From NCBI RefSeq assembly GCF_009914755.1, contig NC_060926.1: a stretch of DNA of 64,000 nt; one strand, given 5' to 3'. Numbering within the stretch: the first letter of the stretch is position 1; the number at the start of each line of letters is the position of its first letter. Source of the stretch: the human T2T-CHM13v2.0 reference genome, Homo sapiens. The notes beneath the pieces are model-generated. The model was not told the DNA's origin. It worked only from the letters and a program-made list of their open reading frames with translations, and did no database searches. Below, piece by piece: positions 15,891 through 30,200 of the stretch. Made by a program: the position numbers and the translations under genes.

Positions 15891-16486
15891 TGTTTTTCAA
15901 CACCTATTTCTATAAGAAGAAGGAGAGAGAGAATATAAAAAGGAACGGAGAAAGACTGTATATAATTAGTTACTCAAGTTAGAAATTCAGTCAAAACTAA
16001 TAGGGACAAAAAGATTATTTAAAATAGATATTGTTTTCTAGATTTGATTTTTGTATCTGCATATCTTAGTAATTATAAAACAATTAAATTAACATGTAAT
16101 CACTAAATATAAAATTCAAAAGGTAATTTTACTTTTGATAGCCTCTGAAATGTTCTCAAAATAATGACAATCTGGCAGGAAAAAACACTTCCAGTGTTCT
16201 TTGCTTTCAATGTTTTGTTTTCCTAGAAAAGGAAGCAGGGTTCCTTGGGGAAATTGCAGCCTTGAAGCAACCTCTGTCAGCCTAGAAACAACTTAAAAAA
16301 AATCTGAGATAGCAAAAGAGATATTAAACATCATGCCAAGGTCATACGAAAGAACTCAGTAGTAACTGATGAGTCTCTCAGTGGATGAACGTAGAAAAAA
16401 ACTTTAGTATCAAAAATAAAATAATTGAGTTATGTAAAATACATTTAAGTATATGAGTTTTTCATGATGTTTAAAAAAGAAATAGT

Positions 16487-16694
16487 GGCCACGCATGGTG
16501 CCTTACACCTGTTATCCCAGCGGTTTAAAAGTTTGAGGTGGGAGGATCACTTGAGGACAGCGCTTTGAGGCCTGTCTGGGAAACAGTGAGATTCTCTGTG
16601 TTTACAAAAATAAAAATAATTAGCCAGGTGTGGTGGTGTGCACCTGTAGTCCCAGATGCTTGGGAGATTGTGGTGGGAGGATTGCTTGAGCCCA
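16487..16694 (+). mobile_element. AluJ-like, 3'-truncated and diverged
   Basis: Left monomer, A-rich linker and partial right monomer with 'ggaggattgcttgagccca'. Confidence 0.8.
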
Positions 16695-17148
16695 CATAGA
16701 AGATCAGACAATGTTTATTTTTATGGGAGAACTGCAGGTGATAAACTGATAAAAATACAAAATTAAAATATTATCTTAAATACTTTAATGAACAAATGAA
16801 CTTAGACATTGATCAACAATGACGGCTAACACAAAGAACAAGACAGACATTATGTGCTTCATTTTAGGTAAACATAACACTATCTGTGAAACAGTATTGT
16901 TAAAAAGGGAAGAAAAATAACACAATAAATCTAAATTACATCAAGCTTTCAATTCTAATCTATAGGAGAATAATGAGGAGAGAAGAACATATTAAAGGAC
17001 ACATGAGGGATGTAATCAGCAAAATCTAAACTGCAGAAAATTATCCTGGACAAAGTACCTTGTTTCTGATTCAACAAATAAATTTCAAGAAATAAAAAAG
17101 GCAGAGGGAAGCCCATATACTAAACTGGACTTAAGAGATGTATCAACT

Positions 17149-17379
17149 CATTGTTCATTGGACACAGGAAGGGGAACATCACACACCACGGCCTGTTGTG
17201 GGGTGGGGGGAGGGGGGAGGGGGGAGGGATAGCATTAGGAGATATACCTAATGTCAATGATGAGTTAATGGGTGCAGCACACCAACATGGCACATGTATA
17301 CATATGTGACAAACCTGCACGTTGTGCACATGTACCCTAGAACTTAAAGTATAATTTAAATATATATATATATATATAT
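17149..17379 (+). mobile_element. Short 5'-truncated L1PA (L1PA4/5-like) 3' end with (TA)n tail
   Basis: L1PA 3' UTR 'tggacacaggaaggggaacatcacac...gtaccctagaacttaaagtataat'. TSD GAGAyGTATCAACT at 17135-17148 and 17380-17393. Confidence 0.9.
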
Positions 17380-18374
17380 GAGACGTATCAACTGATTGCA
17401 ATGTCTAGAACTTAGTTTCTGATTTTAAAACAAGAAACTAAAAATAATTGTGGCATTTGTGAGAAAACTAGGAAGTTTGAACAATGATTGGATGTTTTCT
17501 GATATTAAAGATTTATTGTTAAGTTTGTGGAATAAAACTATTATGATAACCTTTATAAGAGAAAAGCATTAATCCTTCAGAATAAGACATTGAAATACTT
17601 ATAGATGAAATAACAACACAACATTTTAGATTTGCTTCAAAATGATATGAAAAGGGGAAATTGATAGGAGTCTTAATAACACTAGATGAGCCAGATATTG
17701 ATAATTGTTGAAGATGAGTAATGGTGAAGAATTTACTATAATCTTCTTTCAATTTCTATGTATGGTTAATTTTTTCTACAATAAGTGGTTAACAAACATA
17801 TATATACAAGCAAAATAACATGATCTAAAATATGTAAGTAAAGTTTTTGAGACAAGAAAGCCCGACTGTCTTCCTTCAGTTGTCAGGTCATTTACTAAGT
17901 GTTTGTAATCATTTTAAATCAGACAAAATGTCACACTGAGGCTCCATATATATGTACACATAGTTGATTAAAGACATTATTTTCACAGCAGTAGAATTTA
18001 CATTATTTTTAGAAAAAAAACTTCATGTGTCAGTACTTTTAATGTTGGGTACATCGCATTATAGAAAAAAGATAATCATAAACCAGATGCAGTTCTATTT
18101 TTGTTAAAGGTACAACTGTATTAAACCAATTTATATTCCATCATCAAGAGAGGTTCTCTCATTACTTCACTTTGTGATGGATCAATAAGAATATCTTTGA
18201 ATCCACTAGTCTCAGCATGCCCCCTCCAAACATCCAGTGAAAGATTTGAACTGGAATGAAGTGGAAGATGCTGCACTTATGGCCCTGCCCTGAATTCTAT
18301 TTGTCATTTTACTGGGGCAAATAGACCCTGGATGTTTCTTAATGTGGAGAAAGGCATTTTATTTTGTTTGAGCT

Positions 18375-18720
18375 GTATATGAAGTCTACTAGGGCTAGCA
18401 TAACAAAATACCACTTACTGGGTAGCTTAAACAGAAATTTATTTTCTGCCATTTCTGAAAGCTGAAAGGCCAATATCAAGGTAATGCCAGGGTTAGTTCC
18501 TCTTTAGGTCATTTTCTTTGACTTGATGATAACCACCTTCTCACTGAGTCTTTATATGGTCTTTCTCTGCTCACATGCATTTCTGGTGCCTCTTCATCTT
18601 CTCATAGGGAAACACACTGAAATAGAACTCCACTCTTATGACCTCATTTAACCTTAATTACCTCTTTAAAGTTCCTATCTCTAAATATAGTCACATAGGA
18701 AGTTAGAATTTCAACATATA
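18375..18720 (-). mobile_element. MaLR solo LTR (MLT1A/B-like)
   Basis: 'cataacaaaataccac...cttatgacctcatttaaccttaattacctctttaaag...atttcaacatat'. Confidence 0.75.
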
Positions 18721-18799
18721 GTTCAACAGTATGACTAGGCAAAAGTCCATTTTTCGTACACACAAAAATCATTCTGAAGAAGATCAGACTTTGTTTTTA

Positions 18800-19212
18800 A
18801 AATTTTTATTTGTTTATTTATTGTTATTTATATATTATTACTTTATTTTAGGTTTAGGTTTGTTATATAAGTAAATTGCATGTCACGGGGTTTGGTGTAC
18901 AGATTGTTTTGTCACCCAGGTCCTAAACATAGCTCCCCATAGGTAGTTTGATAATCCTTACTCTCCTCCCACCATCCACCTCAGGTAGGCCCTAGTGTCT
19001 GTCATTCCCTTCTTTGTGTCCATATGTAATTAATGTTTATCTCCCACTTATAAGTGAGAACATGCAGTATTTTGTTTTCTGTTCCTATGTTATCTCACTT
19101 AGGATAATGGCCTCCAGCTCCATCCATGTTGCTGCAAAAAACATTATCACGTTCTTTTTTTATGGCTGCACAGTATTTCATTGTGTATAGGTACCACATT
19201 TTCTTTAACCAG
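18800..19212 (-). mobile_element. L1PA13-16-like 3' end
   Basis: 'ctcccacttataagtgagaacatgcagtattt...ggcctccagctccatccatgttgctgcaaa'. Confidence 0.8.
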
Positions 19213-19384
19213 TTTACAAACAATAACTGGAATACCACCCATTAGCTGAAATTCAAGTCCTCTGGCATTCATCTTCGGTCCTTTCTATGCACAGCCTCTC
19301 AGCCTAGTTTACCCTCAGCTTCTGGTCTTGCACTACCATTCCGGGGGTTGCCCTCCCAACATCTGCTAGCACACATTGTTTCAG

Positions 19385-19520
19385 AATAGCATAGCTTTGC
19401 AGTCAAAAAGATTTAAAAGTTTGAATCCTACCTCTTTTACTTACTGTGTAATTTTGAATAAGTTAATTAGCATCTGTGTAGTTGTCCAGTATAAATATTT
19501 ATAAAATGGAATAAGCAAGG
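19385..19520 (+). mobile_element. MIR
   Basis: 'gtttgaatcctacctcttttacttactgtgtaattttgaataagtta...taaaatggaataa'. Confidence 0.55.
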
Positions 19521-19765
19521 TATTTGCCTTTCAGAACCTGATTTATTTAAAAAGTAAAAATTATTTTAAAATAATTATTTAAAGAATTATTTTAAAAGAA
19601 AACAATTATGATTTTGCAAAATGCTTTTAAATAATGATTTACATTAAATTGAATGGGAGACTTTGGGCTCAGCCATTAATGCAAAAAAAAAAAAAATAGA
19701 GCAGATAGAAGGCCATTGCTTCCTTCATAAAACTTGTCTAAGGCAAATCAGAAGTACTTATTTCT

Positions 19766-20055
<290 letters not shown>

Positions 20056-21674
20056 AGAAGTACTTATTTCTATTTATTATTTTATATATCCTAAGGTCTA
20101 TATTTAAGGTCTACACTTACCTTATTTTTAAATAAAGTTGCTCAACTTGAGAAAAAAAGTCACTGCTTTGCTGAGGCATTTATACATTCGTAATACATAT
20201 TTCAGATCTAAAGTCATATATGGTGAAAAGAAATCGCCCTTACTCTCTTATTCATCCAGGTTCTATTCCCAGAAATAACTACCACTACTACTATCAATGT
20301 CTTGAATGTGCTTGTAGAAATATCCTATATATTTACAAACAATGAATGAGATTGTTTGTTTCTGGAGGTGTCATTAATTATATTGAACAATCAGTACAGC
20401 ACCGATACTAACCCATCAGAATGGATTTTGGCCCTAGCAATGGTCAGGGTCCTGCAGTCCCCTGCTTAGGAAACTTGCCTGAGGTCAGTAGATCAATATG
20501 TGGCTCATGTTAGGATAAGGTCTAGGCAGTCATTACCCAAACTCTGTGCTAAGCACCTGGAAGTCAAAAAGGGAAGTAAAAAGGGAACATAGGTTTAAGA
20601 TGAGAGGTTATAGAGGTGTATTTTATATATTTTACTGCTTTTCCTGAACAAACTATTTTTATTGTCAGGGATGTCATACTTATTGCAAGCCCATGCAGAT
20701 AATCTAGTTTTATTAGTAAGAACTTTGGCAACAGTGTTTTGTTCCTTAGAAAAAAATTACCCCTGCAATGCAGTAAAATAGTAAATAGGGGTAAAAATAG
20801 TTTGTTACTTATTTTTCTGCTAAACTTCAAAATATCTTATCAAAGAAATCCATGTTCCCGCTGTGTAGATAAAGAAACTGATGCTTAGAGTGATTAAGCA
20901 GCTGCTCAGAGCCCAGGGCAAAGATCTAACCCATATCCGTGTGATAGCGATTTCAATACCAAAGGTTTCTTAAATTTGACTAATCAGCTTCTTAATGCTG
21001 ACTTCCTGAGTAAAGACCTATTTTCTCACCTAAAATTAATATTTCCTAAGCTTTAAGAATTTTTAATTTGATTTTGTTTTTTCATCATGCCCATATTCCT
21101 CCCTTGTTCCCTTCCCTAAATTTCCTAAGAATTGCCATTTTCTAGGATTTCAGGATGAAGCTCTCTTGTCTGATCACATTTTTTTTTTACTTTTTTCTAA
21201 CTTTAGAAATGCAGCCAATGAGAATTTTGAACAGTTTCTCTTCAGATTTAATTTAGATCATATACATGACTCATTCAGCCACCTCAAGTCCTTTCATGAA
21301 TAGGCTCAGAAGTAAGGCACTTTAGGTTTGATGGGTCTCAAGTCTCACATAATGCACTGTTCACTTTCAAGTGTGTGTATTCAGAGCCATTCCTTTCTAA
21401 ACCTCAAAGTCGAGAGACATATTCCTATAAAAGAATTTCCCACACTACCACTGTTAAGTCCATGTGAATATAGTAAGAGATAATAGAGAGAAATATGCAA
21501 AGAAGCACAATTTGCACAGGCTAAAACAAAATAAAATGTCAAGTCATATTTATGTCCCTCTTTTCCTTTCACTCACTTATATTAATCAGATATTGAAAAA
21601 AAAAACTGTCAGCTCATAGGTGGTCTCAGAGCTTTCTGTCTTTCAAATAACTTCTGCTAGTTGGTGTGCCCTTA

Positions 21675-21865
21675 AGACAGCATGGTAGAGTACAAAGCAG
21701 AGTAGCTGGATGGGTTCCAGCTCTTGCTAATAGGTGACTCTAGGCAACCATTCTCTGATCTTCAAATTCAACTTTCATAACATAATCATGATAATATTTA
21801 TTTCTTAGGACTGTTTAGGAGATTAAGTGCTCTGTGTAAAATGTTTCATAAACTGTAAAACACAT
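21675..21865 (+). mobile_element. MIR
   Basis: 'agcatggtagagtac...gtgactctaggcaacc...ggactgtttaggagattaagtg'. Confidence 0.5.
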
Positions 21866-23414
21866 AAAATGAAGGCTGTATTTACAATCTCTGACAAATG
21901 TGTGTTCCTTTTGGCAAGGGGGTCTTGTCACAAAACCTCATTCTTTGTCGGCTACACTTAGGAATCTATAAAAATATTTTAAACTACTTTCAAATTAGGA
22001 ATATAAATTATATCCATGGTGGGGTGGGAGGGCTGGAAATGTAACACCATGATGGAGTGAGGCATGCAAGGGCCAGGCATAATGTTTCTGGGAACTTTAA
22101 CAGTATGGTCTCTAGTATGTGGGTAAAATCTTAACATGTGAAGAAACCTTTTCAGAAGGGAAATGGAGACCAAGAACTATAAAGTTCTTTGTTTAAGGCA
22201 AGAAAAAGAATTACTGGCAAAACACTGTACAACCCAGAACCCAAGATTCTCAGATATAGCCTTTACTTCCCTCCTCAAACATATGCTCTGTCTTGAAAAC
22301 ACCAATACCAGAGTTTCAGGTAATGAGCAATGCTGCAGTAGAAGTCTTTGGGAACAGACAGCTCTTCCCAGCTAACTCAATTCATACCATTTAGTCATTC
22401 TCAAGACTAAATCTGTTGCTAACCATTAACACCTTTTAGGACTTGATGTTTGTAAACTGATACCAAAAAACTTGTATTTATAAATAACAAGGATCCAAGT
22501 TGGAGCTGATTACTTTTTCTTCCTTTCACCTTTAACATTTTTTCATATTTTTATTTTTTGTTAATTTATACTATGGAAGAACATATAAAGAAAAAAGCTT
22601 TCAATAATTTCAGAAGATCATTCTCAGACCTGAAGGTAATATTTATTCACTGAACACTAAACTACATAATTAATAAATAAGGAATGCAGAGAGCTTTATA
22701 GGTTAAATAGTTTTTGTCTCTGTTTTAAAAACAAGTGGAAGTTCTTTAAGTTATAGCTTGTATCTTACAATCAAAGAAAAATGCAAATATAAAACTTGTC
22801 CTCATTTTTTGAAATAGATGCATTCCTAACATGTATAATTTACTTTTTGTGAATCAAATGTTTCCTCATTAATTAAAGGAGCTTAATATTCACATTTTAA
22901 AAGTTGAATACTTTTGTAATGTGAATAATTATATTTAAATATATCTTGTTTACAAAGTTTAATGTTTTTTCTTAAATTGCTATAGTCTGGTAGCTTTATT
23001 AATTCTCTTATATAGACAAACAAACAAGACTACTTGAGAAGAATATTTTTTCACTATCATATTATTCAGTGTTACATATATTGTTAATATGACAGGATAT
23101 AAGGAAAATAATTTTGACATTCATCTTCACGTTGCATAAATACTGAGGAAATTGAAACTGGGGAAGTTCTGATTCAAATGGGATGATCAACAGTAACCAA
23201 TTTCTGAGGAATGAAGTTTCATTTTCATATGTTGAAACAGAGGAAAGAAGTGCCCAGGCAACTTAACAACACTCTTAGATCTCATCTTGGCTTTAACTCA
23301 AACCGAAAATACTGTTAAGTCCTTTAACATTTTTGAGCCTCTAATGTGCAAAATGAAGAATTTGAAACATCACAAGTTTCCAAGGTTTTTACTACAAATC
23401 TGCTTTAAAATCTA

Positions 23415-23600
23415 TTTAAGCATTTTAAACTGATTTTAGAGTCTCACAAATGTTCAACAATAGTACAAAGAATTTATTTCTATATCTCATGCTGCTTCTT
23501 CTAATGTTAATATCTTACATAAGTATGGTAAAATTATCAAGAACAGGAAATTAGCATTGGTACAATATTATTAACTAAACTATAGACCTTATTTGAAATA
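23415..23600 (-). mobile_element. Old L1M 3' fragment (L1MC-like)
   Basis: 'ctaatgttaatatcttacataagtatggtaaaattatcaagaacaggaaattagcattggtacaata'. Confidence 0.55.
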
Positions 23601-23789
23601 TAGCAAATCGTTCAATTTACCTTCAGAAGCACATACCCTAAAATATTGGATTAAAAGATTTCTAAGAATATACTCTCATTCATGATTCAATCCTGAGTCA
23701 CAAAGCATGGTAACATCAATAGAAGAGGCCCAATTGCCTGTACAATGCCTGACCCACAAAATCACTAGGCAGGGAACAGATAGGGAAGA

Positions 23790-23921
23790 GGAGACAGATG
23801 TCAGTGACTGACTTGAATAACATAGGGTATGGGATCACACCCTATTCCCTATCTGGGAGACAGATGTCAGTGACTGACTTGAATAACATAGGGTATGGGA
23901 TCACACCCTATTCCCTATCTG
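23790..23921. repeat. Perfect 66-bp tandem duplication
   Basis: GGAGACAGATGTCAGTGACTGACTTGAATAACATAGGGTATGGGATCACACCCTATTCCCTATCTG at 23790-23855 and 23856-23921. Confidence 0.95.
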
Positions 23922-25818
23922 TCAAAGGTCAAAGTTGCTTAAACCAGACCAGAAAATTATAACCATTCTGCTTTTCTTCTTCTCCTCTTCTTTCTTCCTC
24001 TGATAACCAGCTTCAATGATTATAATTGGTATGTAAAATGGAAATTACAATGATTCAAGTTACATAATTCTTAAAGTTATACAAACTACTAAATTCTTAA
24101 AGTTAAAATTTCTCAGGTTTAACACTGGAGTAACTTTGGGAATGAAGTTGATAAGTTTGACAGAGAAATCCTTTAAGAAAAATGATGCATATTTTATAGT
24201 AATTTTAAGCAGAATATGTCTCAAATAATTTAATTTCAACCTCATAATCTTTAAAATATTTTGTGTACTTTACTTTCCAAACTTGATTTGAATTTTACAT
24301 TTTAGCATCCATAATCAATGCAAAAGAAAAGTACGTAATCTTGGTTTAAATAGCTAGAGAGTGACATGTCTCATTGTCAGTTTGGTAGAATTGTACAAGT
24401 GCCCTGGCTCAGAATTTAAAATCTTCTGCATGGATTACATTCTAATTAACATCAAACCACAGTATCTTTCCTTAACTTTGTGACCTGTGGTTAAAGTGAA
24501 ATTGTTCTTTTTATCCATTTCACTGTGGCTCTTCTTATCTTTGTGCTTGCCTAGGGTACAGCAAATTCTTAACTAGAGTCTGTAATTCTCATAGAAGTAT
24601 TTTGGTCCATACATCATTGTTAAATCAGCATTTCTATAGGTGAACAAGGGCTGAGAATTTGTATCCCACCATCTTGCTGATGTCACTACAGGATTATTCT
24701 TAACTCGTCTCAATGCCTGTACTCTTTATTGATCATTTAATTTGTCCTGTTTTGTATATTTCAACATCTTTGATGTTTTTGTCCAGTGATCTTTGATGTA
24801 TATTTTAAAACCTCAAAAATAACATTTCTTAAAACCCCAATAATACGTTCCATGGTTTCAGAAATTCTGTATTATAATTCTAGAAATTATTTTTAAATAA
24901 TGTAACAACTAGATATTTTCCTACTTATTTTTAACAAGTAGTTATTGAAGGACTACTATGTAAGAGACAGTGATATCTTGCATTAGAAGTAATTTTATTT
25001 TTAGGATCCCCTGCACTCAGACCCAGTTCAACTCCCAAGGCCATTCCTGATGTGAGCCATGAAGTATTTGGGCAGTCTCTGCTCCCTTGCTTGGCTGGGC
25101 ATCATTATTCTTATGGATCATCTGCCCGTAATGTGTGTCTTAACTGATGACTTAATTCCTTCATCAAACTTAAGTCCCAATCTTATATAAACACCCATTC
25201 CTAATTGTGCTAGCTCCTAGTTGCTTTTCTGCCTTTGATACTGTTTCTGATTTCTGATTAGACTATTTCCCTAGTACTCCTGACTGTTTTTATAACTAAA
25301 CCTAGTCTTCTATTAAGTCCCTTGGACTAGACATGTCCCATACTTCAGCAAGTTGGCGAAGCACAGTTACATGAATGTTAGGAGTCTTATTTAACTATTT
25401 ATCTTTTAAGTATACATGTCCCAAGTGCTTGTTCTGAAGGCCTGTGCTCAATTTATCTGCTGAAAAATTCCTCTATAACCACCCCTCCCCAATTAGATGT
25501 CTGAATCTCATTCTGCTTTTACCTGACATTTTGGACATTAATCCAGAAGAAATAAATGTTCTGTGTTCAAGACCTACAGTTCTGTTGCCCTTAATGTCCA
25601 TCACCAGTTAACTGGTATAGTGTCAAGTTCCTTACTCTTTCCTCCTGTTCAAACTTACTGTAAATAACTGGTCATGCTCTACTTCTAACAGTGTGATAAA
25701 ATATTCACAGCCTGGAAGAAAAACTTTACATGCTGAGCTCTTTAATAAGTAATACAGCATAGTGAAGACTGTCAGCTTTGCAGTGAAACAAACTGAGACT
25801 AAATTCTCTCCCACCAGT

Positions 25819-26321
25819 TGTAGTAGACAGAATAATGGCTCCTCAAAGATGTGTATGACTGAATCCCTGGAATCTATAAATAGATTATGTTACATGTCAA
25901 AGGGAAAGTAAGGTAGCAGATGGAATTAAGGTTGCTAATTAGCTGACTTTATGGTAGGGAGATTCGCCAGGATTTTTTTAGTGAGGTCAATATTATCACA
26001 AGAATTCATATAAGTAACAGAGGGAGTCTGAAGAGTTAGTGTCAGAATGATATGATGTGAAATAGAATCTACCAGCCCTTGCAGCTTTTGACAATGGAAG
26101 GAAACCAAGAATATAAGTGCCTCTAGAAGATGGGAAAAACATGGAATGAATTCTCCCTTAAAGCTACCAGAAAGGCAAACAGCCGTGTGGATACCTTGAT
26201 TTTAGCCCAGTGCAACTCATTTTGGACTTCTGGCTTACCGACATGTAAGACAATACATTTGTGTTGTTTTAAGCCACTAAATTCATGATAATTTTTTTTG
26301 CAGTAGTACAAAACTAACACA
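25819..26321 (+). mobile_element. MLT1D-like MaLR solo LTR inserted into a MIR
   Basis: Starts 'tgtagtagacagaataatggctcctcaaagatgt' and ends 'ttttaagccactaaatt...aactaacaca'. MIR-like sequence lies on both flanks. Confidence 0.8.
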
Positions 26322-27164
26322 TAAATTACCATGTAGTTTTGATCAATTTACTCAACCATGCTAATCTTCAGTTCCCTCATCTAAAGAAGGGCTGTTGATA
26401 CTATATTCCATTAAATCTAATATTCCATTAATTGTAATTAGTTATAATTTGAGAAAAATAGATGAAACACTATTTGTACATGAAGAAAATATACTGTCAA
26501 TTTAACCTTGCTACAAAGCTTTCATCACACTTAGTATTTTTTGTTTTATACACATTTAAAGAGTTCTTTTAGATTTAACACTTAGATTTTTATCTTATCA
26601 CTCATTTGCATACATCACAAATTAAAAATAGTTGTTACTAAAATATCTTCACTTTAAATGTTCCATTTTTCTGAACTGCTACAATTCAAGTCATAGATGT
26701 TATGCTTTATCAAAAATATTTTTTTTCTGTCATCAAGAACATTTATCATACAGTTTTACTTCAATTGTCCTCAAGATTTTCTTCCAATCCACTGGAACAC
26801 ATCTACAAGTTTTAATATGCATGCAGGCAATGCCGCAATGACCAGACTGCCACTTGACCAAAGGAGATTAAAAAATGCAAATGAATTCAGATATTTTAAA
26901 AAAATTTCCCCTTGCAATGAATAAAGCATGATAGAATGTAAATGCTCTAAACACAGAGGTATAAAAATTTTAGAGTCTTTGATATATTTTTTTTCTGTAC
27001 AGTTTATTTTCTTTCCTAATGATGTTTTTCTTAGGTACAGGAACTCTGATGCACTAAACAGTTAAATAGTCAATGAGAGAAATCTAAGGAGATAGCTAAT
27101 TCTTGTTTTTTGAAAGTAGCTAAAGATTATTAATAAGTGGGTAGAATACCAAAAATCGTCATAT

Positions 27165-27250
27165 TGTGTATATATATATATACACACACACACACATATA
27201 CACACATACATACATATACATATACATATATAAATACATATAGATATAGA
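27165..27250. repeat. Compound (TA)n/(CA)n microsatellite
   Basis: Seen directly. Confidence 0.9.
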
Positions 27251-30200
27251 TGATGTAGATATCAGGGTGTTTCTTTTCCTCTTTCCATGCAAAAGCAATG
27301 AAAAATAAAGAGACCTACACTTTGAAGATAGGCAGTCATTTACAGCTGAATTAAATCTTTTATTCAATGTAATGATTATATAGTTTAGCCATATTGACAT
27401 GTTCATATAAAAATTTTCAAGATCAATATTGAATTATATAAAAATAGATAGCAAAAAAATGTGAATTCATGGAAAAATAATTTGACCAAAGTTGGCTAGT
27501 GCATCAGAACAGAAAAACCCATTTTGAAAATTGAAAACTAGAAGTAGAGACTCGGTATGAAAGTTTATGTGTTTGTTTGTGTGAATTTTCCTTATTCTTT
27601 CTTTTTTTGTTATCTCTAGTTTTTGTGGACTTCTATAAAATGGTGATTATATTACAGACATACTTTTTTAATGAAAATCATGTGTCCGACTAAAGACTAT
27701 GTGAAAATTGGTTTATGAAGGCATCTGCGGTAGGAAGATAGCTTCAAGCAGATTTTTGTTCTGGTATAAATAAAATTTGAGAATTGATGACTTGCAAAGT
27801 GCATGTGAGAATGGTAGAAAGATAATCTGAGTATTGATTATAATTAGTTTAAGTTAAAATGCCTTAAGACTATCTTGTTTTTCCCTCATTTCCGTGAACT
27901 TTTGGGAAGAATTACACACTTAACTGTCTCAAAATTATTTTCTGATTTCATCTGCCAACTAGGGCTTGATTATTTCACCTAAGCAGGCAAGATAAACTTT
28001 AAAGAGACTACCATGTTGCAAAAAATTTAAACCATTTAATTGCCATTTAAAAACTGGAGCAAATCTATGCTTATTGGAAGGCATATTTGCAAGTTCTTTC
28101 AATAAAATAAATTTTAATTCAGCAAAATAAAATTTATATAACAAGTGTTTGAGTAAATCTTGCTGCTTATTTCCTAGATAATCTGCTAAAAGACGAAAAT
28201 ATTTTCCACAGTGATTACAACTTTTCATAGTAATTATATCTGTGATTTTAAAATGAGCAGCCCTACCAGAGAGAGACCTAGAAGAAATGAGCAAGAAATA
28301 CATAAAATGCAAAAGATAAATGACAAATATATATTAAAAACTGTATCTCATTTTGACTTGGGTGTTTATTGAAGTTTGACTGCAGCCATAATATTCTGTC
28401 CCAATCTGCCATTTCACTTTGATTGTATCTTTTAATGCTTAATCACTAAATGCCTCCTTTAACATTGTAACTGTCCTGCCTAGACTTGTGCATAAAAAGG
28501 TATAATATCATAACTTGACATCACATCTAGTCACCGTAAGAATATCAGTCATGTAATCAAGGAATGCCATTCAGAATTATTATTAATATTAACTTTCAAA
28601 TGTAAGTAAGCTTCTGGATATCACTTATAATGGAGTTCTTACATTTAAGTGGCTGAAATTCTGTGATTCTATATGTTATTTGAAGTATAAATTTATACTT
28701 ATCATTGCTTGGGTAAAATTCAGCAACAATTATGATTCTGAAAAGTGGCTAATTTTATACACTGCAACATTTGTTATTAACTTTTAAATAGTTACACAGA
28801 AATAAATTAGCAGACTATAAAACTGTTCAGAGAATGTGTTAACCAAGTAACATTTTAAAAATGTTACACACGTTTTTGAACTCATAAATTTTTAAAGTAT
28901 GTAGAAAAAATTTTAAGTGTAAAAAAAATCAGGCAGAATAATAAAGATTACATTGTGTCATATTATTTTTCTATGGAATCTCTGGTATACCAGTATTTAT
29001 AATATTAAACCAGTAAATTCAATAATTTTATTTATATTGAGATATTGAATTTCATTTAGGTTGTCAGTCTTTCAGAATAAACTCTCCATATCTTATGAAA
29101 AACACTTCAATCTATGCATTTGATAATAACTAATATGTAATTCAGACAAAATAAGTAATATAAATAATATGAGAAAAAATAAGTAATTACTAGGGTAAAA
29201 TGAGATGTCAGCAAAAGCACTCTGCATTCCGCTAACTGTAGTGAAATATACTTATCATTATCTTATGGCAGAAATGCAGTATATTCAATTTAATAGCACA
29301 GATGCTGAGATATTATTGTTCTTCATAGCAATGTAACCTTTTTAAAAAATGACTCCTAAATTTCTACTAATATGGTTGTAAAACCTATCATTATTTTTGT
29401 TATAAATTTAGATAAAATATTCTCATTTTATGTCAAATTTATTCTGTGAGTGGTATTTGGTTTCACACTAAACTTCAGCCAAATGTTTCTACCTATGAGC
29501 TTTTGGTGTTTGACTAACGTGTATATTCAGTGAATATTAAAAAAAGGAAAACTCTTAAAGAAATTATGTTGGTTAGAGAAAGAAGCAAAGATGCTCTGAC
29601 ATCTTGAGGTAGGGATTTTAAATTCTAGCTTCACTGGAGAGCAGTTTCAAGACGTGTACTAAAAACAAAATTAAACATGAATATGCAAACAAGTTATGCA
29701 GATAATTACCTTCATGGAATTTGTCAAAGCATAGTATTAACTGATAGAGGCAAACTTCAGGCTATAAGAAAGTATAAAAAAGTTCATTTCAGGGTCAGTC
29801 TTTGTAATCCAAAAAAACAAGACAATCCTATTAAATATCCAACAAAAGAATACTATGCAGCCATTAATAATGAAAGAATTTTCAATGAATTAAATGATGT
29901 TTTCAATATACTGTTAAGTGAAAAAGTGTTTAAAAATACAGGACAATGCCATTTTTATAGTTCTATTACAGACCTATTATTCTGGCATAATTATTTACAC
30001 TTCATTTTATTTTCAAACTGTTTCATATTATAGAATTCTTATTTGCAATGAAGCTATGGTTCCACTGGTCTCTGAAGAAAAAACTTAAATTGCTTTCTTA
30101 ATTACATTCAGGCTATAATTTATACAGCACCAGTAATAATGTTAATCCTGTATTGAGGAACTTAGCAGAAAACAATTTGTCTGTAGGCTTCATTGGTGCT

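Larger units (their letters stand above)
16220..17790 (+). mobile_element. Ancient L1M (L1MC/MD/ME-type) 3' region interrupted by an Alu and an L1PA
   Basis: 'atgtaatcagcaaaatctaaactg', 'gatttgcttcaaaat' and 'ttgataattgttgaagatgagtaatgg' are typical of old L1M 3' UTRs. Confidence 0.55.

Noticed and set aside
20360-20830. Possible ancient DNA transposon
   Set aside because: It looks vaguely repeat-like, but I could not identify termini or a family.
23790-23921. CRISPR-like repeat array
   Set aside because: Two adjacent copies with no spacers, in mammalian DNA with no cas genes.
26402-26432. Short local duplications (TATTCCATTAA x2; similar at ~20092, ~45079, ~53914)
   Set aside because: Ordinary slippage-scale repeats in AT-rich DNA.
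27959-30033. 117-118 aa ORFs at 27959-28312 (-) and 29677-30033 (+)
   Set aside because: No recognisable domain, AT-biased composition and no splice support. The second contains L1-like residue (KEYYAAI).
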